DNA from: Nageia nagi | Taxonomy: Eukaryota; Plantae; Pinophyta | DNA: 64,000 nt | Reading direction: 5' to 3' | Assembly (NCBI GenBank): GCA_050084985.1 | Contig: JBITNC010000001.1 | Span: 186,496,001 to 186,560,000 of the forward strand | Shown here: positions 52,181-64,000 of the stretch, in pieces | Position numbering within the stretch: the first letter of the stretch is position 1 | Layout: each line of letters starts with the position of its first letter | Translations under genes and position numbers: made by a program | Notes under the pieces: generated by a model | Told to the model about the DNA's origin: nothing | The model's input: only the letters and a program-made list of their open reading frames with translations | Databases searched by the model: none

Positions 52181-54699
52181 TCATGTAGGGTATATCTAAC
52201 ACCTTTTTCAAATTTTTATATCAAAATAAGAAAGTAAAATGATGTATAATCCACACCATCAATGGCATAAAAACATTATTTTCACATAGCCAATGGCATG
52301 AATGGTAATGAAATAAAGGTAAAAATAAAAGGAACCTTTTATGTATCAAAGAATGGAAATAAGAGCATCAAATTCTTGAGTATCATGGATAAAGGAATGA
52401 CCATATTCATGGTTGAATAATTTAAAGGAGAAAAAATACTATCTTCTATTTCAAAGATTAGATGTGGGACATGTTATTCTTTCAGAATTACACTATAAGT
52501 ATAGGATAATATTCTAATATTCTTTATTCTTTCATTTATTTTAAATAAATCTACTTTTAATACCCCCTTCTTACTCCCCTTTCATATTTTTTAAATGTTG
52601 GAAAGGTTTCTAATCCTTATACTTAATCTTTTTGATAAATGTTTTTTGAGTCAAAAGACTTTTGGGTATTGTCAATAGTCTAGGTACTATTCATGTATAT
52701 AAGGCTTAACCAATTTTATTTAGAAGTTTAATCACTATCTAGCAAGTGCGATAATAAGTCCCAAAAATTATTCATAGTCAATTTTGATATTTTTTAGTAA
52801 CTATACATAAGTTAAGAGTCATAGGTCATGATTAATGTGTTGAAATACCATTGTATGTAAGGGAAGCAAATGTCTACATCAAATCAAGGTATTATAGAAA
52901 CTTGGGTCTTTCCAAGAATTATTGTAAATAAGAATCTTTATAAGTTGAATTTACTAGAGGGTAATGTTGTAAAGACTATGGATGTCTAGATAAAAGTTTT
53001 TCTATATGCCAAAAATCCATGGGAGATATTTCAAGAAGCCATATTCTAGAGCCCACTGACTTTGAGTGATGATATTGTACTTTTTGCCTAAAATTAGTCA
53101 GTCCTAAGATAATTAGTAGCAGGAAGTATGACATTCAATAGGAGATATTTCAAAAAGATAATAAAATAAATTGAACCAATTTTGACTAATGACATCACAC
53201 CTTTTACTTAAAATTGGTAGGTATTAAGTAATCCCCTACCATCACTAAAGCCCATGAAGAGGAAATAGAACTCACCAAATAGGAGAAGGAATAATGAGTT
53301 GGGAAGAACACATAGGTCCACTTGATCATAAGTATTGAACACCTAAGGTTATATAAATATGTCAACCATGAATCATTTTTATATAATAATAACATTTCTT
53401 CCTAGGATTACAATGATATACTATTCATTTCCCTCATTTATTCCATGTAACCTAGAATTATACTATTTACCATTAATGGTTATAGAGAGATGGGTGGATA
53501 CTGATAGAGCATAGTGCTAGATCGTACCAACCAAACCAATGAATTATGCACTCATAATCACCTACAATATTAGGAAAATGCATTCAATGAAAAATTAGAA
53601 GGATTATGGCTAGAAGGTACAATAGCTAAGAGTTATCAAATTTCCATATTTTAGCACTAATTATACTCATTCACTATGTAATCTAACATAGTTGTAATTA
53701 TAGTATGTACATTTGTAAATGGTTTCTTATATTATTCTTATTCAATAGATTAGATAAGTGTATTAATGGTGGAAAACAACCCAATCATAGATGTAAATAT
53801 ATAAATAGTGGACTATTTTAGGTCCAAGTGTTGGATATTCTAACAAATTTGCCCAAGTGTGTAAGATAAACTCATGGGTGATAATGTAATTTGATAATGC
53901 TTTTCCCTTTTGTAATATGTGGTTGTCTATTACACTTTGTAAAAATCATGCATGAAGTGTTATATTATATTATGGCTATGTATTATGATTGCGAGACTCC
54001 AAAGGTAATATAGTTTACTATTCTTAATATTGGATATGGATTATTTCCTATGCTACAATGCCTAAGCTATGTAGTGTTAGTTTGCTTTCTTTATTTAATG
54101 TGTTTATCTCATTCTTATTACTCTCATCCTTTTTATCCCTTTCTAGTTACTTTTAACCTTCATCATAGATAGGAACAAGCCTATAATCTAGAGATTGAGT
54201 AGAAAACCAACATGAGTGCACTCCCCACCACCTTCTACTCTTTCAAGGACCCTACCATTATAGGTAATGGAGAACATAATCAAACCAAATCCTTGGGGTT
54301 ACATTATACTGATTAATAGTAGAAAAGTCCATTTTTGACATGCTCAATGGTACTCAAGCTAAATTCCATATTTAGTTGGCATGAATAGGTTAAATAGTTG
54401 TATTTGGTAAGCTATCACTTAGTAATTTAAAATATTATTAAGGATTTTATTCCCTTATTGGTGACTCTGCTATCAACCAGTCAACATTTTGAACCCTGAC
54501 ACCTCTAGAATGTATATTTACTAGAAGTAATGTTAAAAATTCTCTTAGAAATCCTAGATTGCAAGAGCTATTAGCTTCTTAGAGGAGGAATAGGTGAAAT
54601 ACTTTTTGAAATTTGTCTCCTCAAATCCCTTTGAGAGTTGTTCTATTGTCAGCCATATTTGGCTCTTCTCCAAAAAATACTTCACCTAATACAACTAGT

Positions 54700-57600
54700 T
54701 CAAGCATGGCTCAACCTACTCTTATTGATTTCCCTTATTGGAATAATGGACATCCTTTGGTTTTTTTTGCTAATTCCTAGCTATTCCCCAAAGAACTTTC
54801 AAAGTTTTACCTAAGTATGATGGGTCTGGAAAAACACCATATGAGCATTGTTAGGATGTTTCTCTTTTGGCTTCAAGTTTTGATATCACTAATGAAATGG
54901 TGATGACCATATAGCTATCACATTATTTTTAAGGTGAAGTAAGTAAATGGTTTATAACTCTCACCCCTTAATCAATAAATACCTAGGGAGAGTTATGTCA
55001 AGCTCTAATCAAAAGATTTACTATAGTGAAGATAGTACCTTTATTAGTCTTATAACATGTATAAAAAGATATGCTCATGAATCTATTAATGATTTTAATA
55101 CCATTTTTGAGAAAATATAAAAATCTATTCCAATTAGGATTAGAAAATAAATGCACAAGCTTTGGTATACTATAGGAAAGCTTTTCTTCTTCATATTAAT
55201 ATGCTTATTGTTATGTCTAGAGATACTTTCCTAGATGTTTATGAAATGGCTAAAATCTTTGAACATACCTTGGTATCCTCTGAAAAAATGCAACCAAGAA
55301 CTATTATGCCCTTGTTTTGCAATTTACCTCCTAAACAAGCTCTATAAATTACTTATCCTAAAATGTTAGCATTATTACCTCCTCCTACCAAACCTATCAT
55401 TCAAAATCAAGCACAAACACTACCTATTCTTGCATCTACTAGTACAAGTGCTAATTCTAAGTCTCAAAAGGAAGAAAAGATAAGGAAATTAGATGTAACT
55501 ATTAGGAATCTTACTAATAAAATCACTCTTCAATAAAGGTAGAATCAACATTTCAACTATAGAAGATATGATAATCAGTATCAAGTTAGATTTCAACCCA
55601 AGAATAACCAAGCAAAACAACTAAATGTTCCTAAATAAATGGAGAATGTAGTTATGGCTAGTTATATAAAGAGTGATGTTATGGATAATATAGAATGGTG
55701 CCCTCCATGTTGAGCTTCTCATTTCCTATACTCATGTATCATCTATCAACACCAAAACTTGGGCTTGCATTTATAACAAATGGTTAGTTTACTTGCTTTT
55801 AATCTCACCATGGTTAATTTTTAGCTTTTGGGTTATGTTGGAGAAGAACCCAATTATGTCCAAACTAGAGCCTTTTCTTTCATAGCCCTATAATAGCACC
55901 AACCTACTCAGAAAAATCATCAAACCATTCCAATGTAACCTAAACCAAAAAAGGCTAGGTCACCTATGATTCAACCATAGAGTTAAGGATATTAACTCCC
56001 TAGACATCTAGGTCATATTTCTCAAGACCTAGGTAATACTACCATTGTAGTAGGAAATTCTACTATGGCTAGAAAACAAGTCCCAAAAAAAGAAAGACCT
56101 CATCCATTGAGATATTCTTTTATCACCAATCACCATAGGGAAAAGGCTAGTTAGTAGTTCAAAACACATTAGCCTATAGAAGCAAGTAAGTCTATCCTTT
56201 ATGCTCCATATACATTATGAAAGAATTGAAGAAAATACCTTCTAAAATGACCATGTTTGATGCATTTAGGATTTTGGGTCAAATGGGCCTTTTGTAAGAT
56301 GCTTTGAAGTTAAAATATAGTAAAAAAAAGGACAAATGAGGGTAATTTTATCTTTACAATATCTAATGATGTCCCTCTAGCTCCTTTAGGTATAGGAAGG
56401 CCCCCACCTTTTTATATGTCCCTCAAACTAGAAGGTTGGGTAGTTAATAATTGTATGATAGATACCAAAGTTGCTATTATTGTCATTCCCAAAGTAGTTT
56501 CAAATGAAATAAAATTATATATCACTAGATGCATTGATGGTGTCATACAATTAGATTCTTCCTCAATAAATGTAGTTGGTAGTGTTAAGTGAATTTCAAT
56601 TACCCTTAATGCATTCCTTGATATTTGTATCATTCAAGATATTATTATTGTTCATCTTCCACCTCTGTTTGGAATTTATTTGTCTAGAGAATTTACTATT
56701 AAATTGGGAGGTTACCTAGCTTTATATTATACACATATTTTACTTCCTTTTAAAAATAAATAAGTGAAGATTCTAAATGAGGATACCAAAAGTGTTCATA
56801 TTAAGAAGATCATATAGTAAAATTGTATGAATGGCCCTAAACCTATAGAAGTGTTTGAAAGGGATACACTCAAATAAACACTACTAACAATTGAAGTTTT
56901 TTTAAGAAATTACCTTAATTATCAAGTCATAGATATTGGCATGGGTAAGTATTATTTATATGAAAGCATCCAACTAATATCAACTACAATTGAAAGGAAG
57001 CATGAGATTTGGATAATGTACTTTGATGGGGTAATATGTAAACATGGATGTGGAGTTGGTGTTATCTTTAAATCACTAGAGGGACATATGAGAGAAGATT
57101 CTCATTCATATTCATATGGATTTATACAAATAATGATGTTGAGTATAAATCCCTCTATTTAGGTTTGACCAAAGCAATCAACATGGGCATTCGATGCCTA
57201 GTGATGCATGATGATTCTAAACTAGTTATAAAGCAAGTTAGAAACTATATTAGTGCAAAACATCACTATATGAAGACCTATAGGAATTGGGTATGGTAAT
57301 TACTAGAGTCATTCCTTGTTATTAATTTTATCTCTATTTGTAGAAGGTACAATCAAGTTATTAATTGACTTGCTAGAAAGAGGGCACATTATAACCTTGA
57401 TCATTATAGAAGAGGAATATTTGGAGTAAAAGTCCAATGTAGGCCATTAGTTCTTGATGCTACAAACTTTTGGCAAGTGTTTGACTTTAATGAGCATATT
57501 ATGAAGTTTTTGTTAGATGAAGTAGTTGCTCATACCTTTGGTATTGAAGAACTACCTAACTATTTTCAAGAGTTAGATGCAATAAAAGTTAGGACCAATG

Positions 57601-60430
57601 ATATACCAAAAGGTTTACTCTCTTTTGAAAGGATGTTTGACTCTGAAGATGTTCAAAAGTCTAAAACTATGGCTATTCAAAAAGAGAGTAGTCTTGAGCT
57701 AGAAGTAGAACCCAAGAAATATATAAAGGTTGGATCAAAATATTCTAAAGAAGAGAAAAAGATTATTTTTCAAATTTATCATTAGTTATCAAATGCAATT
57801 GCTTTAACTTATGATGATTTGAAAATATATAATAAAAATGTGATTCAACACACCATTGGGCTTGAGACACAAGCTAAACTACACAAACAAAAATAGAGGC
57901 TAGTCAAACCAAAAATTGAAGAAGCTATGAAGCAAGAATTAATTAAAATGATAGATTCTAAAATTATCCATTATATTAAGCATTCTTCTTGGGTTGCTAA
58001 TATTGTCCCAATAAAGAAAATGAGCAGTGAAATTAGGTTATGTATAGATTTCAAGAATCTAAATTAGGTGTCTCTCAAAGATATATATCCCCTCCCTCCC
58101 ATGAAGCTTGCATATAGTAGCTAGAGCATATTATTTTTTATGATCAATTGCTACTTGAGATTAAACTAGATTTAGGTAAAGAATGAGGATCATTTCAAAA
58201 TTACATTAACAATAAAATGGAGGATATTTGCATTCCAAAGGATGTCCTTTGGTCTATCCAATGTTGGAGCTACCTTCCAAAGAGCCATGGACCATGCCTT
58301 TAGTGATATAATAAATAAAATTATTCTTATCTACTTGGATGACATTATAGTGTTTTCCAAAAGTAGAGAAGATCATTTGCATCATCTTAGGCAAGTTTTT
58401 GAAAATGTACAAAATTCTAGATCTTATTTAATCCTAAAAAGTCCATTTTTATGGTTAACTAAGGAAAACTATTTGGTCACATTATCTTAGAGAAGGGATT
58501 AGCAATTGATCTAGATAGAGTAAAAGCTATTGTAGCATTGCCCCTCCCCTCTAACATGAAGGCCTTGCAATCTTTCCTTGGTAAAATCAATTTTGTACAA
58601 AAATTTATTAATGATTTTTCAAAGATAGTCTCTCTAATTACTATAATGTTAAAGAAAGATGTTGTATTCTCCTAGTTAGAGGAAGCCAAGGAAGCTTTTC
58701 AATACATAAAAAAGCCTATAATAGAAGTTCATGTTTTGAAGAATCCATATTTTTTAAAATATTTCATTATGTATGCATATGGAGCAGAGAAAAGCATTGC
58801 TACAATTCTAGCATACAAGGATGATTAGAAAGATGAACATTTGATTGCCTTTTATAGCTAAACACTACATCAATACCAAAAAGTATTCATTTATTGAGAA
58901 GAAAGTATTTTTTATAATGAAAGGAATTAAGAAATTTAAGCATTATGTGTCCCATAATATGATACTTGTATATACTATTCACCCAAATGTAAGAAATTAT
59001 ATCATTCAAGGAGAATTGGGTGAAGAAAACATTGGTTGGATTACAAAAATAATGGAAAATGATGTAGAAATTAAACCAACCAGGCTCTTTATGGGTAGAG
59101 CTCTCTATGAAAATATGGTAGAAGCCTCACACATAATTACTATCATAGAGGATGGACAACATCTCAATCAAGAAAGTGATCAGATAAAACAATTTGCTTT
59201 TTATTTTCAAAACAAAAAATATCATGAATCCCTAGATAGATTTCAAAGGATTAGATTTAGGATGCAAGATTTGAATTTTGTGATGATGGATGACTATCTT
59301 TATAGGAAAAACTTTGATCAAACCCTATTAATATGTGTAACTCATGATGAAGTTGAAAGAATATTACATGAATTTTATGAATTCTTTGGAGGACATTATA
59401 ATGGTCTAACTATTGTAGCAAAAGTGTTACAAGTTGGGTACTATCGATCTACCATGTTTCAAGATTCATTCAAGATAGCTTAAGAGTGTGAAAAATGTAG
59501 TAGATATGTAGGAAAAAAGAGGATAAGAAATAATGCCTCACAAAACTATGGTCATTGAGGATCCCTTCCAACAATGGGTTCTAGATTTCATTGGTGTTAT
59601 AAATCCTAATTCTTCAATGGGCCATAAGTCTATTTTGACTGAAACAAATTATTTTACAAGATGGTTAGAGGCTATGCCATATAAGAATGCATATTAGGAG
59701 GAAGTGATAGATATGATCAAGAGAATAATCACTCACTTTGGTATCCCATAGACTATTGTATCAGATAATTATCCTGCATTCATCAAAGCTAATTTTTTAG
59801 AATTTGTTTTTGAGTATGGGGTCTATTGGTTATTCTCTACAAACTATTATTTGTAAGGGAATAGAGTACTAGAATAGACCAATAAGAACCTAACCTAGAT
59901 CATCAAAAGAATAATTAAAGGTAATCCTAGATAATGGTATACATAATTAGACTATGCATTATGGGTAGACAAAATCAATATCAATTCAGCTATCAAGATA
60001 CCTCTTATGCATTAGTGTATGGTAAAATACCTATACTACCAATCCATCTTAAGTTATCTATGCTAAACGTTTTGCAAGATTTGGAAGATTTTGATTTTGA
60101 GTCATTGCAAGCAAGATTCAATCAACTCATGAAATTAGAAGAAGATAGGAACAAAGCATATGAGTCTTTCTAGTATCAACAACATATAGTTAAGAAGTGG
60201 TTTGATAAGAAAAAGTATTCCCATGTTAAGTTTGAAATAGGATACATTATTCTCAAATGGGATGAGGAAAGATCAAAGCCCATAAAATGTTAAAAGTTTG
60301 ATTTCTTATGGAGTGGGCCCTATATCATCACTCAATCCATGTAGAATAACACATTTAGACTTTAAGATATCATTGGGTCCCAAGAGATGCTTATCCTAAT
60401 AAAAAAGATCTATTTGAAACATTACTGAAT
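54700..60430 (+). mobile_element. Decayed Tat-type Ty3/gypsy gag-pol with aRH before RT (GAG-PR-aRH-RT-RH-INT)
   Basis: LPKYDGSGK (gag), PPPFYMSL...NCMIDT (PR), WIMYFDGVICKHGCGVGVIF (aRH, ~57010), MSFGLSNVGATFQRAM / YLDD (RT), GGHY...GYY and PFQQWVLDFIG (INT). Confidence 0.9.
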
Positions 60431-60978
60431 GATAGGGTGATTACACAACACCTATTGAAAATTGTTAAAAAAATATTTATTATTTATACATTCTCTTGTA
60501 GCTTAAACACATTTCCTAAGGAGGTGGGTAGCTATTAATGTAAGCCATTAACTAAGTATGGTATGAAGTTAGGCTCACTTGGCATAAGCTATTCAATCAA
60601 AAGGAAAACATTTAAGGAGAATATTTCATTAGATAGCCCACAAACCTTGCCCTATCTTTCAATTTTAATTCAACATACTTTAAATTAATGCATTCCTACC
60701 TCTCATCTATGATGTCATTCTATGAATGAACCCTAACATTCATTGTTAATTAATTATTATTAATACACATCAACCACAACCTTAGGAAAATAAAACACAC
60801 TCCTCTTTCCTACTATTCTTCACTTAAAAAATTTCAAAGCATAAGTTTTAGAAAGAACCAAAGCTCACAACCTACATAGTGAGTTGAGTGAAAAAGAAGA
60901 GAGTTGCAAAGCTTAATATTGTAATTTTTTAAGTTTTTGATGTTGGAATACACTACAAAGAAAATATTAGACACCATT

Positions 60979-63900
60979 ATGGCAACTAAGCCATCACTTG
61001 TGACTATTCATGAAGGGGTGGACATTGATCTCATTGCAATTTAAGAATAATATCTAGAGAATGTTCCTAGAGTTAACTAGATAGAGATGGGGGTGATAAA
61101 TCATATGGATACCTAGTGCACTAATCGCATGAGGATCCTATTCCATCACCTAAAATCCAAAGTTGTGGGTAAGGGTAAATCACTAGATAAGTCTAAGAGG
61201 AATGTCATGATAGATCAAGGCCTGACATATTATGTGCCCTATGAATCCTTCACCTACCTTAAATTGTCGTATGCTATTACACTCAAGCATAGCCCATAAA
61301 GGTATGAAATTAGAGACTTAAAAGAATAACCATAAGATAAGGTAGGGTCTAGATATTAGCCTGAGACATTTCTTGACTATTCTCCTAATACTATGGTGCA
61401 TGCATTTGCGATTCTAATTGATTGGACCTTCCACATTAAAAAATAAATTAATCTAAAGCATGAGGAGGATTTTTATCAAAATCATTCAAAAATATTATAA
61501 TGGATTGATGAAAGATATGAGAGGATATGTACCAAAATATTATAGAGTTATGACATCACCTCCTTAAAAAAATATTAGGATAGGAAGGTCCTACAAGTAT
61601 TAGTGGTCATTCTTGGGAAGAAGACCCAGATAGAAGCAGATGAAACCATTATGAGGATGGCCTTTGATATAATACATGCTCACATATGGTATGACTTTCC
61701 TACTTTCATTTCAAATGAGATAAGGAAAAATATTTTTAAAATAGAAAAATTAGATTTTTGGCATTCTTCATATCTATGGTGGCTCATAGTCCACCTAAAT
61801 CTAGAGGCACTAGTGGAAGGAGGACTTGAAGTTGAACTTGCAACATTGACCATAGAGCCTACACCAATTGATTTGTGATTCATATATTTATCAAGTTTCA
61901 TGGGTAATATTATGAATTTATGGATAAATTCTATGCATTCATGGTACAAATTCTAATAGGTAATGCTCCTCACAAGTTGCGCCAATTGACTATGAGAGAA
62001 GTACAAGGAGGCAACAAGATAGGTGATTGGTATTTTTTGAAACATAGAACTATAATTATAAGGTATGGGTATTTTAAGAACCCATTTTTCCTACCAAAAT
62101 TTATTACTATCCAATTATATTCTATAGAAATGGGTATGTAGATGTATGCAATAGGAACAAAATATGATTCTATGGGTGATTTCAAATCCATTGTTATATT
62201 AGCTACTATAGAAAATTTTACTTTGTTAGAAATAGGCTATAAAGATAGTATAGTTGATTTCATTATACAAAATTTAAAGTTATAATTGGTATATTACTCT
62301 TGAGCATATGACCCACTAGGAGAAATTACAAAGATTATAAAGTCAAATAAAAAGTGCCCAACTTTTATTCATGAGCCTCAACCTAATGTTGAATATTTTG
62401 TAAACCAATATGAACATGAAGCTAAGGCATCCTTAGAGTGGGAGTTTGGAATATTGAATAAAGCTTGGTTAACCCTATAGGGTCCTAGTTGATAGATGAG
62501 TTGGGTTGAGGCCCCAACAAGATTCATTATTTTACCAAATTTAGATTTGAATATACCACCAAGGTTCATCACATTGAAAAATAACATTTTGGTGACTTTC
62601 ACTAGGATAAGTACTATGAAGCTCAATACATGCAAGACCCATTGTTATAGATAGGCAAACCACTCCTAAACAACTTTCAAGGAATATTGATAGGAGATAA
62701 TTAGCCCAAGGCTCAAAGTGCATAGGGGCCAATGAAAAAAGAAGAGGTGGTTGAACCATCTAATTCACTGCAACCATTGAATAATAAGAAGAGAACTCAA
62801 GTTGAAATAGGTACTACTTCCCAATATTCTTCCCTAAAAAGGAGAATAAGAGTCTAGACTTTGGCATAGGCTAACGTACAAGAAGATTTAAATAAGAAAT
62901 AAATACCCAAAAAGAAACCCTGGATCACTTAGTCTAAGGTAACCACAAGTACACAAACTCCATCTCCCATAACAAGTTAGGAATTATCAAAAGCAATCAT
63001 GAGAGAAATAGAAATGTTTGATGTTGAGGAAAGTTAAATATCCCAAAGCAAAAACATCATCATCTACCAAGATGCATAATAATAAATAGGATATGAGGTA
63101 CAACAAGAAGGAGGTATTGTACTCGACATGAGTGGCACTATAGCAGTCAAATATGAAGTAGGTAGAGACAAAGATGATAATGATGATGAAGATCCCAAGA
63201 AGAAAAAGGACTCTAGCCTAATGGATAAGACTCCAAAAAAGGATAAACCCATAGAAGAATAAAGAGAGGAAGTGAAAATATTAGCTTACACTCACAAGAT
63301 AATAGAAGAATCTCCACAGTAAACTTTGGCATCTACTTTAGGAGTAAGTACACAAGAACATTCTTTAATTCCTTTTTCCACAACCTCATAAGAGGAAATT
63401 AAAAGTATTTTTTCAACACAAGTAGTATAGAACATTAATTGGGCAACATTTTTAAGTAAACCCCCTATGGTCCCAAAGCAATAGTCTAGAATTTTGAGTA
63501 GAGTCATAGAAATGAGAGATATAAAAATTGCCCAAATACGTTTCAAAGAAGGGAAACTGTATACTACTTCCATGCCCATAGTGAATGTAAATATGCATAG
63601 TGCCCTAGCTATAGATCAATCATAATTGCTTGTAAATATTTTTGTTGGTTGCTAAAAAAAGCCTCCAATCTATGGAAAATAAAATTGGTAAATTCAATAA
63701 AAAGATAGATGAATAAAAGGAGGACTACTCGCTTAAAGTCAAAATGGTTTTCAAGTTGTAGAATCAAAATAAAGGCCTATTAGAAAAGCAAAAGTTTAAG
63801 TTTGAGAAAAGCCTAGCATAAACTAAGGTTGAGTTGGAAACTACAAGGAAAAAAAAAGATCTAAAATCTCAAGCTACTATGGTAGATAGTCATAAGGGTC

Positions 63901-64000
63901 AATAAACTGAGGAAAGTTGAAAAAGGTAGTAGCAATGAATAAAGTACTTAATGATGATAATTCAAAGCTACTGTAGATAGTGAAATTTTTTAGAAAATCC
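60979..64000 (+). pseudogene. Decayed extra ORF downstream of pol (sense strand), runs to window end
   Basis: ATG GCA ACT AAG at ~60979. Consecutive coding-like fragments DFPTFISNEI...FWHSSYLWWLI and IGDWYFLKHRTIIIRYG...PFFLPKFIT, then acidic and K/E-rich tracts. Confidence 0.6.

Overview
Very AT-rich, CpG-depleted plant nuclear DNA, probably from a gymnosperm (inferred from the retroelement types). Most of the window is decayed transposon: three Ty3/gypsy, two Ty1/copia, several L1-type LINEs and a ~1-kb TIR element family with 4-bp TSDs. The one host locus sits in a ~25-kb inverted-repeat structure (~5.85-30.9 kb). It holds an intact single-exon gene for a divergent TPD1-like secreted Cys-rich protein (copy B, 24773-25216, -) and a convergent, ~97% identical disabled copy (copy A, 16844-17347, +). 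It also holds two fragments, a 3' end (C, ending ~22300) and a promoter/5'UTR (D, starting ~30405). C and D look like one former gene whose CDS was replaced by an 8-kb inverted copy of the neighbouring locus. The inversion centre is a small TIR element enclosing a decayed tRNA-Gln(UUG). All alignments were done by eye; TE boundaries are approximate.
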